Positions 37,518 through 51,429 are shown, counted from the first letter of the whole stretch. The stretch is DNA of 62,404 nt, filler included, from Choristocarpus tenellus KU-1152 (GCA_964200185.2; 11 parts of 11 records of this genome joined end to end with filler, not necessarily neighbours in it); one strand, 5' to 3'. The notes: generated by a model not told the origin, from the letters alone. Made by a program: numbers and translations.

Positions 37518-37617
37518 NNNNNNNNNNNNNNNNNNNNNNNNNNNNNNNNNNNNNNNNNNNNTTAATTAATTAANNNNNNNNNNNNNNNNNNNNNNNNNNN
37601 NNNNNNNNNNNNNNNNN

Positions 37618-40324
37618 AAGGAATCAAAGGCAATGACCGGGGCGCCGCCAAGCACCACATGCAACCAATCCACCAACCCCGAGCCCGTACCCCCCCTCCC
37701 TCCCAGACCAAACACAGCAGGGTCGCCAGCAGCAGACACGGCGGATGCAGAGGCCTTGCAGCAGCTTCCACCACCACTGTAGGAAGCAGGGGTGGGGCTA
37801 CGAAGTGAACTCGTCAAAGAGGAAGAGGATGCCGCAAGGGACAACCTCATGGCCAGAGCCTCAGATGCCGGCCGTAACCCCCGGAGGACTGCATAGTCAT
37901 ACATCAGACCAGAAAATTCCCGGAACGAGGGCATGCGACCTTCCTCTTCCCCTTCCCCCTCCCCCTCCCCCTGCTGCTGCTGTGCCAAGAGCACCTCCTT
38001 TCGATGTGATAGAGTAGTAGACGGTTCTCCAGTGTGTACCATCATTGCAGTGACCAGCGGCTTTCCTGTTGCCCACGCCACATTGTGAAATGATATCCCT
38101 TTCAAGAGACACACTCTAACGCTCTTAGGGCTCGGGCATTCACCCCAGTCCCTTGTCCTGTGATCATCTTCACCTCCCACTGCCGCTGTGTTCAATATGC
38201 CAGGGACAGACGTACTGCAGCAAGGGAACACTACTTCCTTGTCTCCGACTCCGGCTCCTCCTTGGGTTCCTTCACACCAATGCTCCCTGCTTGACCTGGC
38301 CTCCGCTGTTGAGTCCTTGACACCTGAGTCACACCGAGATTTAAAAAAAAGAAGAGCTCATGCTCGATCTTGACAGTCAAGAGAAGCATCCAGTACACCA
38401 AAGATGGAATGGGGTCTGCATCGCCTTCTACGTTTGTTGTAAGCCTTACGGAAAGCACTGCAGACATGCGCAAGCTGTTTGTGGTATCTATCTACAGTGG
38501 ATCTTTCCGCCCCATTCCTGGGGGGGTGAAAGGGGGGGTAGTGAACTAATAGTTCACATGATTTGAGACATGTACAGAGTTCACGCAGTGAAGCAATTGG
38601 ATAACTCTCTTCTCATACCTTCACTTTCATTGTCTCCCCTTCCTATCTACCAAGAGCAGCTTATTGCAATCACTTCTCATCTACCCCTCCTACCTAACAA
38701 GAGTTACTTATTGCAATCACTTCTCATATCAGCTACGCATCCTATTGGGGCCAATACCACACACAACCTGTTCTATTGGGTTCAACATGTTGCTCTTTCT
38801 GTATCACATCTCCACCACTAAGAAAAGACACAACGCCTCTCAACCTACTCCACATACACTCACCTACTGCTCCAGAAGCCCCAACCCCAGTTCCGGAAGC
38901 CCCAGCCCCAGCCCCAGCCCCACCACCACCGCCTGACTTAATTTTGGCACACACAGATTTGTCAAAATCTTGAGAAGAGTGACCCCAACCAAGGGCTTGG
39001 TGCACAATAGCACGGCTCACAACATCCACAGGAATGACTGGGGAAGTGTGGGGTCCCAAATTGAACGTCTTCACCACTCTGCGCAAGAGGAGAACAAGGC
39101 ACCCTGCGGGAGGGAGGGGGGGGGGTTGCAGGCAGGGGAGAAGGTGGTTAAGTGAAGGCAGGTGGAGAAAGAATAAAAGATTTGCGTTTCGGACTGGAGA
39201 TTCGGTAGCATTGAGACAAATCAAATCACCTGAACTCTCGGGTACGTTTCTGTACTCTAAACGATGATGATTCCTTTGCACTGGGATCTTTTTCTTTTTT
39301 TTCGAAGTGTGATAATATTTCGATCTGAAAGCTTTTGACCTGTTGAGATTTCCGAGGGGAATCTCTTGCAAAAACAAGTCATCATTTTTTTTTACAGTAC
39401 AGTACAGTAGGTAGTTGAGAGGCCGCATGTGATAAGCCAGCAATGTTGTGGTTGACAGGTCCCGCCCGAAGCGCTCTTCACGGCATTAATTCATATTTCT
39501 GCGGCATGTTTGATGATTCTCGATAGCGTAACACTGCGCGCAAGGCGGTTACAATTTCCACAACGGGGACTATCCCTCAACCTAACGAGGGCACCGCCGT
39601 ACTAATAATACTAAATCTTTGTCTCCCACTATACTGTACTGTACTGTACTTACTTACTGTACTGTTAACACTCAACTGAAACGACTTTTTCCTCTCTCAA
39701 CTACACTATCTCTAGCAGCACCATCCATAAGCATGAACTGCACAGCATCATACTCAGTACACCCTTCACCAAACAAGGACCTCTCCACACCACACCTCAC
39801 CCGTCACAGTCGATGGCCGTTCCCCAGTCCATCCAGGCCAGGGGAACATCCATGAGGGACCAATGATGCTCGGCCTCATCACACAAAGCCGTAATGCAAC
39901 CCCACCCAATCCTTGAGTAGGCTCTCCATCATCACCTCCTCCCCCTCCTCCACTCTCACCACCACTCAGGCATTGCCCACACAAAACACGCCTGCCCCTC
40001 CCCCAGCGTCGGTTGTACGCCTCTACCGCACGCACAAGAAGGTGCTCAGCCAGAGCCTTGGTGAAGGTATAAGTGTTGGGGTGCCCAAGGGATTTCATAG
40101 CAGACAGGGCTTCTGATTCCCCCGGCCCAGACCGCCGCCGCCGCAGCTGCTGCTGCTGGACCTCAGCCTTTGTGGTAGCGTCTCCCGCCTCTCTCTCTCT
40201 GGCACTCTGATAAAGGCGCTCAGGGTCAAGGCCTCTCAGAGCTGGGAGGTTTTCCGGAAGGGGTTCAGCAGGAGTACCAGTATTGCACCCATGTACAAAG
40301 GCGGTGGACACGTGAACCAAGGTA
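37618..40324 (-). CDS. Fatty acyl-CoA reductase (male-sterility / NAD_binding_4 family), partial; exons 40324-39801, 39103-38864, 38185-37618
   Basis: Motifs LVHVSTAFV, HPNTYTFTKALAEHLL (YxxxK), RPSIIGPSWMFPWPGW and VIPVDVV. GT-AG junctions keep the frame (phase 1 at both internal introns). Confidence 0.88.
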
Positions 40325-41799
40325 CTGTGCAGTTGTTCAGCGCAAGAGTGGGGGGGCATTGAGGTTGGCATGAGGGTTAAGAGGTTGCATGTTGAGAATA
40401 GGGGCAGAGTTTGAGGGGAGGGGGAGAGGCGAAGGTTGCCAGGGGGGGGGGGGGGGAGGGAGGGGGGCTGGGGGCAAATCAAGAAGGAAAAGAACAGGCA
40501 CAAAAAGGAAAAAAAAGAGNNNNNNNNNNNNNNNNNNNNNNNNNNNNNNNNNNNNNNNNNNNNTTAATTAATTAANNNNNNNNNNNNNNNNNNNNNNNNN
40601 NNNNNNNNNNNNNNNNNNNAGGCACATCCTGCTACCCCCAGCACTCTTGAAGGAGGAGTGGTCAGTGGGGGGGGAGGGGGAGGTGGAGGAGGTGGAGGTA
40701 GGGGGGGACTATCGGGGTTGCCAGGTCGCCCAAGGTACCCAATACTTCTGCGATCATTCCTACGACCCTTAGACTGTTACAGTGGCATCTGCCAGAGTGG
40801 AGGGGGTTTCAGGGCAGCAATCTAGTGAGGTGTTTGTATAGAAGAGTGAGGGGTGTTGTCACATGTGTGGTTCCCTTTCTCATGTAGGGTTTCAAATTGT
40901 GAGGACAATCTGCCTTTTGAATGGTTGTGAAGGGGGAAGAGTAGGGTTATCGTTACTCATTAACTCAATAGCTACAGAACCATTTTTTTTTATATGGTGG
41001 ATTTTAGTGTTTTATTTTGATTTGATTGACTTGATTGAGTTTTCTTCTCCTTTGTTATGGATGGATCTGTGAACCTGACTGCAGCATCAATGAAAGCCAG
41101 TACTGCGATTGCACTATATCTAAGCTATCCTTCAACAACTGTGTGGGGGGTAATGTGGTTGTCGATGTGGATAATGGGGTGATGAGATGGGCTCATTGTC
41201 ATAACAGTCTTCAGCTGAACGATAAAAAAGGAGTGGGCAAGTGTAGAACTTCACAAGTCTGGTATTAAAGGAAAGACAACCCTTGGTTGAGAGACCCACT
41301 GAGTTGATTGTGTCGAGTCACTTCTGCGATAGCTGGTCTTACTTTGTTTTTTATTTTATACAGGGAAAGGGGAAGGAGCAGGTTGCAGGATTGAAACGGA
41401 AGGTGTCAGTTATTGGTTACACCTATATACCAGAGATGTAGTGTGGTGTCCATGCCTGACAGGTAGGGTGTGGGACTGTACATGCCAGGTGAAGGCACCA
41501 CTTGGCAATTGGGGTTTGGTCAGAGCTTTTTATCTTTTGGACTGACTGATGAGCTCATGTTGTCACTGTTTTGATGTGGACCATCATCACCTTACATGTC
41601 TGCCTTTGTTAGAAGTTGCAAATGGTGGCATGTAGCTAATTGAGCATTGTCATTGGTCAAATGCTTGGCGCGAGGAGGTTGTTTTGACATCAGCAAATGA
41701 TGTTTGCACTTTTGCTATGTTGTAAGAGAGTAAGGCATTGTACTATGAAGAATCCCCCCCCCCTCACCCGGCATTTTGCAACAAGGAGTGACTAGTAGG

Positions 41800-41989
41800 A
41801 AGGTAGAGATTGTTTCTGACATACCTGAACATTGTTACACTTACACGTGTTTGTTCTTGCCACATTGCTTTTTAAGGACTAGGGGTTGGTTTCAAGGTAG
41901 AGATTGTTTCTGACATACCTGAACATTGTTACACTTACACGTGTTTGTTCTTGCCACATTGCTTTTTAAGGACTAGGGGTTGGTTTCAA
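41800..41989 (+). repeat. Exact tandem duplication with a 94-bp period
   Basis: AGGTAGAGATTGTTTCTGAC...GGGGTTGGTTTCA starts at 41801 and again at 41895. Confidence 0.92.
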
Positions 41990-44198
41990 AGCACATGATG
42001 ATTATGAGATCCCTCTCCCTTCAATTATTCCTTCCCCCACCCTATCCCGATGCCTGAAGGTTAGCGTACACACATTGCGCATTCAATACAGCAGGGCTAG
42101 TAACGTCAGGCTTCATGTGGTAGTACTTCAACTTTCTCCCATCCGGATATCTGACAATAGTAGAGTTCCCCATTTTTTTTTTGTAAAAAAGTAAGCTAAT
42201 AGTAATACTAGTAGTACATGCATGGACTGAATGACTCGTGGTTGAGCCACTCAAGACAAGAACTGTGGAAAAAGAACAGAAGAAGCAGGTTGCAACTAAG
42301 AACTACAACAGTGGTATTACTAAGGTGAGAGAGAGACACTGTCAATGGTGCACTCATGGATGTGGCTTATATGATCAGTGTTCATCCTTCTTATACTGTC
42401 GTAACATCAAAAGCGACAGCTACCAACTTGGCAACAAGAAACAGGCCAAGTGCTGGAGATTGGCCATGCCGAAGAAAGACAATGCAATAGGGAGATTGCA
42501 AGCAAGGTAGATGGCAACAACAGAGGGTAACAAAATGACAACATAGCTGTCAGCGCAATAGTCAAGATTGGCGAGAACACATACTCATAATACAACAGCA
42601 GGAGGGGTACAACTCCTCTCCACCTCATGAAGGGTGGATTGCAAATGTTGTCCTGCCAATGGACAAAAGCTAGGGGATGATCGGCATCCACTGACATCAA
42701 GGATGTAAAACTAGGATTGCACTCTTGCTTCGAGTACACACGTATGCTCATTTGATGTTATACTAGGAAAAAGAACTATACGCCCCAATCAAAGAGTGTG
42801 AAATGGACTGTTGCAGCCATTTGACCCGCTATTTTCCCAACCTGCAAGAGCATGTTGAAAACTGTCACCTCCAACCTATCCACGATTCCTCTCAAACAGG
42901 AAACAGGTTAGCCATTTCCCAAGTAAAAATCACTTAGAGGACACTTTATGTCAGTCCATGTGTAACACACAAAGAAGGAAGATGAAGCTGCAAAGCATAA
43001 GTCTGAAGGTGTGAAGGAGAAATCTCTTGCCACAATAATAAGAGCATTTCAGCGCATAAAATACTTGACCGTTTTTCTCGTGACATTGAAGAAAACGCCT
43101 CAAGGGCTGGATCACTAGCAACCGATGCTACCATGACATGCAAGTGTACAGTGTTCATTCAGTTGTTAGAGAGCCAGTCTTCTCCCACAACTGCAAACTT
43201 CCTGGGGCTCATGTTCTAAGGGTAATGAGCTCACCCAAGGACTACTGCACACAAACCTAGCTTAAAAGAACAAGTAAAATTGACCAAAATGAACCACACT
43301 AGAGTATATTACTGTAGTTTTAGCTTCAAAAGCTGAGGGTGCAAGGACTGAGGTTTGTTCGACCCAGAGTGATTTGAACATCTTCAATGGAGTCGAACGC
43401 AAACGCCAAACAAAGTTCGGACAAAAACAGATAAAAGCTTGGTGTCTAAAATACAGTCTTCACTCTGCAAGATCATTGAACTCTCTATATGGCATGTAAC
43501 CAATTTCAAGCCTGCCTCTTCGGTTGCGATTTTTATTACATTACCCTGGATGTAAACTCCATCATACAGCAACACATTGACTGGGAAAAAGTCTAAGAAT
43601 ATAATGGAAGCGAAACAAACGTGGGTAAGAGAATCAGGGATAGGTTCCCCTACAAAGATGATTCGAGGAACTACCAACACTACACTATTATTATCTACTG
43701 TCAGGTCATCCATGGAGGTGTAACAAATAACACACACTGTAGGGAAGAAATTAAAACAAGGTAACAAGTGGGCATCTTTAATACAATCTTGGTTCAAAAC
43801 ACACGTATATAGACACAAAAAGACTACTCACTATTACGAATATTGAATCTCTTGCCTATTGAAGCAACACACAGGCCTTCAATCTCCTCAAAAAAATACA
43901 CAGACAGGATCCAGTAGACACAAGATGCAATTTCTAATAATGCGTAAACATTACTGTAGAATGCCTAAGTACTAAGGGATGAGAATCATGATTATTCAAT
44001 GGGGATATACTAACACCAAAAATCAAACGGTAATTTTCGATCGACCGTTTTCTCGACACGTACTATACACTGCATGCTCTACTTACCTAACCCCACCATG
44101 GTTGGAGCTTTGTGCACGAATCGATTACAATTCATGAGTACATCGAATGCTTAGGAGGCGATTCTAGTTCTACTCTGTAACGGTTTTGTATCGCAACA

Positions 44199-47100
44199 CT
44201 ACTCAAGATCCTCCATCTTCATAGCTGTAGACAAGAATTCTTCTAGATCCTTCGGACTCTTCTCCACCAGCAAGGGCACTAGAGGCGCCACAGTGGGGTT
44301 TGCCTTGTTGCTCACGGTCTCAGAGTAAGCTGTGACTGGACTAAAGGGATTTGGCTTGCCAGGGCTTTCAGAGCTCGGAAGTGTCTCAAACGGGTCACCA
44401 TCTGCGCCAGGGGAGAAGAGGATCTCCAGTCGGAACCTGCCCAGTAAGAAGATACACATTATAAATACCAATACAAAAAAAAGTACGGGATATGGCGTGA
44501 AACATGTTTCTGTGGCAAAATAAGATTAGCCTGTACTACTACTACTAGTAAATTCTGTACTTCCAACCATGCCATGTCACAAGGGGTCAGCACCAAGAAA
44601 TCTAGGACACACTCGTTCCTGACATCAACCTTCCTACAACCAGAACAAGTAAGCATATAGAAACAGGGAGAGCAGGGGCGTGTGAAGACCATGCAATAAA
44701 CACAGAAAAGGAACAGAAGCGTGTAATCAGAACCACTCTCGGCTAGACCAATCATTCTTACAATCCCCACTTTCCTCACTGTCCTCCAGAGTCACACTAA
44801 CTTTGTAGAGCAAGCTACCTGAGCCCAGATCCCAACCATAACCCTATCTCCAAAGGCTGTAAAAATCAAAGTTCAAAACATGCCAAAAAAAAAGAGTGCG
44901 GGTGGAATGGTAGATGTAGGACACGATTTGATCCGCCTGTTCTTTCCAAGACTATTTCACCTCACCTCCTTGTATCTTCATTGGACAGTAGAGCACGCAA
45001 AATCCGAGTGAAATATCTAAATAAATCCCTAACCCTAAACCAACCAGAGAAGAAGAAAAAAGAGTAACAACCACTCACTGTTAATATATACATTTTTGTT
45101 ACACTTGTACGAACGCCTTTTATTCCCCAGACAGAACCAAACATAAAAGACGAGATATCAAAGACCACCTCTACCCACTTGTCACTCGAGATCGCCTTGA
45201 ATACCCGGAAGACCACATGTGTCATGAAGCACAGTTCGGGAGCCTTTTCCAGAACCCGAACACCAGCAGGGGACAAAAACGGCTCCTGTGTGCACCATGT
45301 GAAGGATGAAGGGGAGACTGAGCAGTAATAACAATCGTGAATGAAAAACAAATATATACATATATATATGTATATACTACCTACTAAATTCCTTACTTGA
45401 GGTCAAGTTCAAAGTCACTTCTAACAAACCGTAGTTCACACTTTCCTCTCTTCTATTCCATTATTTACTACATAGGAACTTACTAAAGTACTCCGAACTA
45501 TCTTAGTAGTGAGCGGCAAGTACTTCCCTTCCAAACACTCTGGAGCACTTGTTACAAGTTGCACCATTGTGGCATAGAATCACTTCTGCATTCTGTGCAA
45601 CCTGCCTATATTATAAATGGAAAAATACTAATAATATCATACAGACGAAAAAAACGTATCACGGAAGGGTGTACCCATTTCTTCTTCTTTTTTTTCACGT
45701 TTATTAGTAACAACCATACAACCGTGACAAACGCAAAACCCGTCCAGTATTCCAATCACAGGCCAATTCTGTGCATTGAATTTTTGAGGGTAAGGCGGGG
45801 CTCAACAAGTACATAGGTAACATGGGATGGTAACACCAGTAGAACGCACAAGACCCTTTGCAGGTGGATGCCTGAGAACATTGATGAGGGTGTGCAGGTG
45901 CGACTCTGACGTAAAGTAGAGCCTCGTTCGAACCTGGAAGGCATTACAAGCAGAGTGGTCGTCAGTGAGAAAAGAGTGTCAGCACATTTGTCACAGAATA
46001 CTATTAATACTATAATATCTAATGTAATAATACTGATACCAAATCACTACAGAGGGTAATGCAAATAATGAAGGTATCCATCAGAAGCTGTATTGACTTT
46101 CTTCTTTGCATCCTGTCCTCCCCAAACGCCTAAACTCCCCCCTACTTTCCTGTCTCACGGAGAAAATATCCCTATCATTAATGCTACTATTAATAGTCAT
46201 AAATTAAATAATACGCCAATGTCCTGACTCTCCTCAAAATCTTCCATCTCTCTGTAGTAGATAGTGACCCCGGATCTTGTTCTTATTCTTTTCTAGGGGT
46301 ACTATTAATATAATAATATTAATATAACAAAACAAAGCCCAATGTGTCCAATAAAAGAGTCTCAAAATCAAAACATGGGACATGACAGTGCCATCTCTCA
46401 CCACAATTAAAACATGTTCCCTTCCCTGGTCCTCACTTGAATCTCCATTCCCCATTCTGCATTACCAATATCGTTTCGATACTAGCAACCAACGCCATAT
46501 CTGATTAGGCACTACCTCTTTCTCTAGGTTGGAATTCTAACTGTGAGAAGAACTCAAGTGTAGTGTCAGTTCATTTTTATCCTTTTGTAGGTGGTCTTAC
46601 ACCACCAAGGAAAGGTGTAGTATCTCAGTCACGACCCTCACTGGCCACAATCAATGCTTACAACAACAGCATATCTTGCAAACATGATATACTTCAAACC
46701 TTGAACTATTGACTACAATTTGACCCTGTTCGAGACAATGGACCAACCTAACGCTATACTGCATACACAACAACAAAAAAACCACCTCAGTGACAGGACT
46801 ACAGCACATAGATGTCTCCCTCTTTAGAAGTACAGCACAATGGTCAGAAAGGGTCTGCAATGGACAGGTCATCATAACCTACCATGGTGTGGTCGCCAGG
46901 TGTTCTGGACATGTCAACCTTGTGTCTGATATCATCTTGATCTGAGCATGCATCCTGCAGAGCAGAGGGCGAAAAGGAAGTGGGCACAACCCCCCTACAA
47001 CCCTCAGTCGAAAAATATATAGATTAGGGCTCGATAATAGAGTGCAAGCTGTATACAGGATACGGTGGTAGGGTTAGGGTTACAACAAAACAAGTGACAA

Positions 47101-47285
47101 CCTGTGTACAGTTAAGGGTTAGGGTTACAACAGTACATCAGTACAAGAGTACACGCCACCCCAAAAAAAGAAACGAGACAAAAGATGATCTTCCCAAGAC
47201 TATTCAGAGCGACAAAGACGCCTTACAAGGCAATAGGAAAGCCAATGCAAGCGTTCTTTATGGCAACGAATCTAGAAGCAAGGAG

Positions 47286-47316
<31 letters not shown>

Positions 47317-47422
47317 CCTTGAGGTGTTTCCGTATCTTGGACAGTAGCTGCCAACATGTGCGGGCCCCGATGGACACCTTATCCGCCTTGCTTATACCAT
47401 ACTCAAGAGGAACAATGACGTC
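44199..47422 (-). CDS. VIP1: Inositol hexakisphosphate / diphosphoinositol-pentakisphosphate kinase (PPIP5K/VIP1), C-terminal histidine-phosphatase domain; exons 47422-47318, 46954-46883, 45933-45850, 45285-45179, 44436-44199
   Basis: Family motifs DVIVPLEYGI...KVSIG...LLSKI, VRTRLYFTSESHLHTLINVL, ELCFMTHVVFRVF and FRLEILFSPGA. GT-AG junctions are frame-consistent. The 5' part is missing from this contig. Confidence 0.9.
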
Positions 47423-47578
47423 CTGGAAAGGCCAGTCATCATGAACACAACAGGAGTCGACAACCAAGTCCATGAAGGGAGGGGCCATGCAAGCGCTTCA
47501 ACAAGAACGGTCCTGATCAATGTCTCGAGGGTATTGCTAGCCCTATTAACTTTGACATATATTGACATATATTGACAC

Positions 47579-47659
47579 TTAGGGTTAGGGTGGAGCCGCG
47601 TCCATTCAGGGCCCAAAATCCAATGTTGCGATTTTGATGTAATTTTGGCTATTGTGTTT
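47579..47659 (-). mobile_element. Sola2-like MITE partial copy; outer TIR absent, begins with TTAGGGTTAGGG
   Basis: TTAGGGTTAGGGTGGAGCCGCGTCCATTCAGGGCCCAAAATCCAATGTTGCGATTTTGATGTAATTTTGGCTA aligns with 24505-24575. Confidence 0.85.
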
Positions 47660-48599
47660 NNNNNNNNNNNNNNNNNNNNNNNNNNNNNNNNNNNNNNNNN
47701 NNNTTAATTAATTAANNNNNNNNNNNNNNNNNNNNNNNNNNNNNNNNNNNNNNNNNNNNCCTTTGTCAGCAACTTTGCTGCACGCTCATGGGGGAGTGTG
47801 CAATATGGACTAGTAGTCTATATGGTTTATATTATAAAAGTGAATGAAGTAATTTAACTTGAACTTATAAGTGACTTATGTAGTGTAACTGTCACAAACA
47901 TGTTTAAACATATTTCTGACGTGCTTGATGACGAATGAATTAGATAACAAGGGAAAGCACCACCCCCCACCTTGAGGATAGTGCTCAGTCCGCTAATAAA
48001 CAAATCCATGCCACATAAAGCAAAATACTCTATCAGAGTAACTCTCTGTTGCATACTTACGAGAACAATTTCGATCGTTTGTAAAGTTTTCCAAGTGCTT
48101 GAATATAACTGAAACTTTCATGCTGCGCACGAATTGAGACGCAAGAGTATCGAGATCTACTAGAATAGCACCTTCTGCGCGACAAAATTACCCTACTGAA
48201 TATAGAGTCACGAATCGGTGCTGATTATTGTCTGCCCCATCTGTTCGATTAGTCGCAATTAGGTGATAACTGGAGTGTTTTTTACGGGTAATTTGGTTAT
48301 TCCGCGCGTCATCTGCGCACTTGTGTACAATGAACACGTGAAGACATCATGCACTTTCACAATAGACACATTTTCCACAACACAGAGTAGCAGGTAGATC
48401 CCTACATACTAACACAGGGGATTATGAACTCATTGGATGAAGGTAGGGGTGATAGTCCGCATGATGTGGTGTCAGGCAGTTTCAACCTGGGCAAGCCTTT
48501 GTCGTCGCCTTTTGTCTTGTTTTCCCTCCATGTTTCCCAATAGATCATCGAAAGCGAGGACTTAAGGCCCTTATCCAATCCCTCAACATTAAGATCAAG

Positions 48600-50060
48600 A
48601 TTCATGTTTGGTTTGCCATCATTAAACCTTTGGAAGTCATCAGGGCTGAACTGAAAAACTTGGCCCTCGTCCTAGAAGATCAGTGGGTAACTGCTACAAT
48701 TGGTGGGTGGGGACGTCCTGTGACAACGACAGCTACACGTATTGGACTCTGGCACTCATATATAAATCTCAGGAGAGAGTCGAACCGGCTCCAGACTGCA
48801 GCTGTTTCTCTGGTAGCTTTATTGGTGATTACCTGACTGATTATGTTGAAACACTACTGGTGAATGCGCACTCTATCCAGGGACATACCTTAGCTCTAGT
48901 GGCAGAATGTGAACCCTCCATGGTGAAGTGCAGCTGTAAGGTGGAGAGGAGGGGAGCTGTCAAGGAGGTGAACGGGTGTGCAGAGCACCGCCTGGAGATA
49001 ACAGCAGAGGTCACCTTCAATTGTGCGAGACTCGCTGTGGTATACTGGCTCCAGTCATATGTCAGCACGGCTCAGCGAGGTGTGTGTGGCGGTCATGATG
49101 ATCACACCAAAAAAGGTACTTCCAGACACGTGAACTCGCGTGGAGCATGACTGATCGCATTATCAATCTGAAGTTTATTTGTCCATGAGACCACTTATGG
49201 GTTAAACTCTTACTTGACACCCCTTGGCTGGAAGAACCTAGTGATTATCAAGGACTTGACTGAGCCAATCGTGGAGGCACAGAAGAGGGGACATACTCGA
49301 CAGTTTCTCTTTTGGTCCCAATCACCTACAATGTTTGTGTTGATTTGTGGAAGACTGTGAAACTACATTGTCTTCCCTGAGGAGGTAGGCATTCCAACAA
49401 AGGAATCAAAGTTCTGTAGAGGACTTGCCGAGGACATGCTTAAGAACTTTGAGATGGAGCCCCCGTCATCAACCATGTGGCTTCAAGCCCCTGCAAATTA
49501 TTACCTCAACTAGATCCTGAACAGTGTTCCGGGCACTCCACACAAGGTGTGGGAGATGGTTGTTCAGGCACACATTGGACCTTCCAGAGGAGATGGGTGC
49601 AGCTGCTTCATTATTCAGAGCTCCTGAGACTTCTGGTGGACTGCACTGCATGGATGAGAAGTAAAAATGATCTGGCTTTCTTTGAAGCAGCAGCAGCAAA
49701 GGCGGGGGTAACCTATCGCCCAAATGATGAAGAAGACTCTCTATCCCATGCCAACATATTGAAAGGTTCGTATGGGACAAGTTGGATGGATACAATGCCA
49801 TACCCTCAAGTCTACGTTACGATCCAGGCAACTGGAGAGTACGCTGACACCCTCAAGTGGTGGCTCTAACATTCTGCAGAACTGCCATGGTTTGAGAAGT
49901 TGCCTATCAGGTACTCGCTATCCCTGATGCTCAGACTCAGTCTGGGACAAAGTTTCCTGCAGCTAGTTTTATGGTATCCCCGAAGCACAATTGCCTGGAT
50001 AGAGAGCATGTGTACCTCCTTGAGTCTTTCAGTAGTGTGTGGCTCAAGGTTGACGATTAC
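48600..50060 (+). pseudogene. hAT-family transposase pseudogene
   Basis: WTSCDNDSY and FSGSFIGDYL region, then remnants of the C-terminal dimerisation domain: DTLKWW...LPWFEKL and, after a frameshift, AYQVLAIPDAQTQSGTKFPAASFMVSPKHNCLD (consensus LAIPASSAxSERxFS). Many stops. Confidence 0.75.
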
Positions 50061-51069
50061 TTTATACCTCATGTCAGTGAAATGTTCTTAGATGTATCTA
50101 GTTGTGAGGTTTAGGTTGGAGAACAGAAAATACTTGAGAGACAGAAAAGGGTGGAGATTTCTTGCTTACACGCCGTAAATAAGACATTTTGAAAAGATTA
50201 GACCGAAATCCTGTTTGTTCATCGCTCTTGTCTTTCATTTTGGTGGTGGAGAAGAACATGCGGTGGACCCAAGAACAGAATTTGTGACCCTCACACTACC
50301 AGCACATAGATTTCTGCTATCAATGTGTACAAGTAATAATGGTGTCATGCGTGTGTGATGTTTAAATCGTTGTGTTTTCACACCCAATTATTGGATCACC
50401 AATGAATGTTGTTCGCATTTTCGTCTATTATATTTTATCGATGGTGTGTTTGACAGGAATGGACTTTTGATACGGGGATGGGGGGTCAGTGACAAGCTGG
50501 ATCTTTATCTCGTTTTCTTTAGGCTCAAAGTATCTGGGGAGGGGTGGCGGCTGTCTGTTTGGGGTCAATTTTTTCATATCNNNNNNNNNNNNNNNNNNNN
50601 NNNNNNNNNNNNNNNNNNNNNNNNTTAATTAATTAANNNNNNNNNNNNNNNNNNNNNNNNNNNNNNNNNNNNNNNNNNNNCCCCCCCCGCATACACTGCA
50701 AGCGTGTGCAGTTAGTGTGCTTGGTCACAGTATTGACGTACGTACATGCGGGGTGTGTGCTTGTTGGAAGGCTCGGTGACTTTGGTGTCACAAGAAAGGT
50801 TCAACTAAAGCACAAAGGTGCTGTGTTGGTATTGTACAAGAAAAAACAAGTCCTTCCTGCCTGTTCAATCACAGGTCAAGAGAACATTCCAGTGACACCA
50901 CAACAGTGGTGAGAAGAGCATACACAGTACTCTCTTCAATATTGCTGTGGGCAAATCAGAGAGGTTCTGGGTACCATTGGAGCAAGCAAATGCTTTTTTC
51001 CCCCCCAGGGAAATAGGGAGGTTTCATACGTCCACACAGTATAGTGTTGGCAGTCACCTCTAGGATGAG

Positions 51070-51381
51070 ACCAGTCTTGATTTTTTGGAAAGGGTTGCCC
51101 AACGAGTTAAATGACGATGAGCATATCAAATGAATACTCTGGATCTAAGCTATCGACTGGTGCAAAGGAATTTTTCCGGAAATTTTTTTGGTAAGGTTAA
51201 ATTTTAACCGAGTGTTTTCGGCACAGCCTTGGAAATGTTCTGGAATGAATTATCACGACCAAAAATATTTTTCCGAAAACATTTCTTGCACCAGTCGATA
51301 GCTTGGATCCAGAGCTTTCATTTGATATGCCCATCGTCGATTAACTCGTTGGGCAACCCTTTCAAAAGAAACAAGATTGGT
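51070..51381. mobile_element. Foldback/MITE-like element with ~120-bp imperfect inverted arms
   Basis: Left arm ACCAGTCTTG...GAAAGGGTTGCCCAACGAGTTAA...CATATCAAATGAA...GCTATCGACTGGTGCAA is mirrored by TTGCACCAGTCGATAGC...TTCATTTGATATG...TTAACTCGTTGGGCAACCCTTTC...CAAGATTGGT. No clear TSD. Confidence 0.8.
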
Positions 51382-51429
51382 AACCGCCAAAATGGTACGT
51401 GGGCTAACCTTGACGTAATAACAGGACAC

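Noticed and set aside
41800-41989. Exact 94-bp duplication as a functional element
   Set aside because: No termini, TSD or coding signal. A recent tandem duplication or an assembly artefact.
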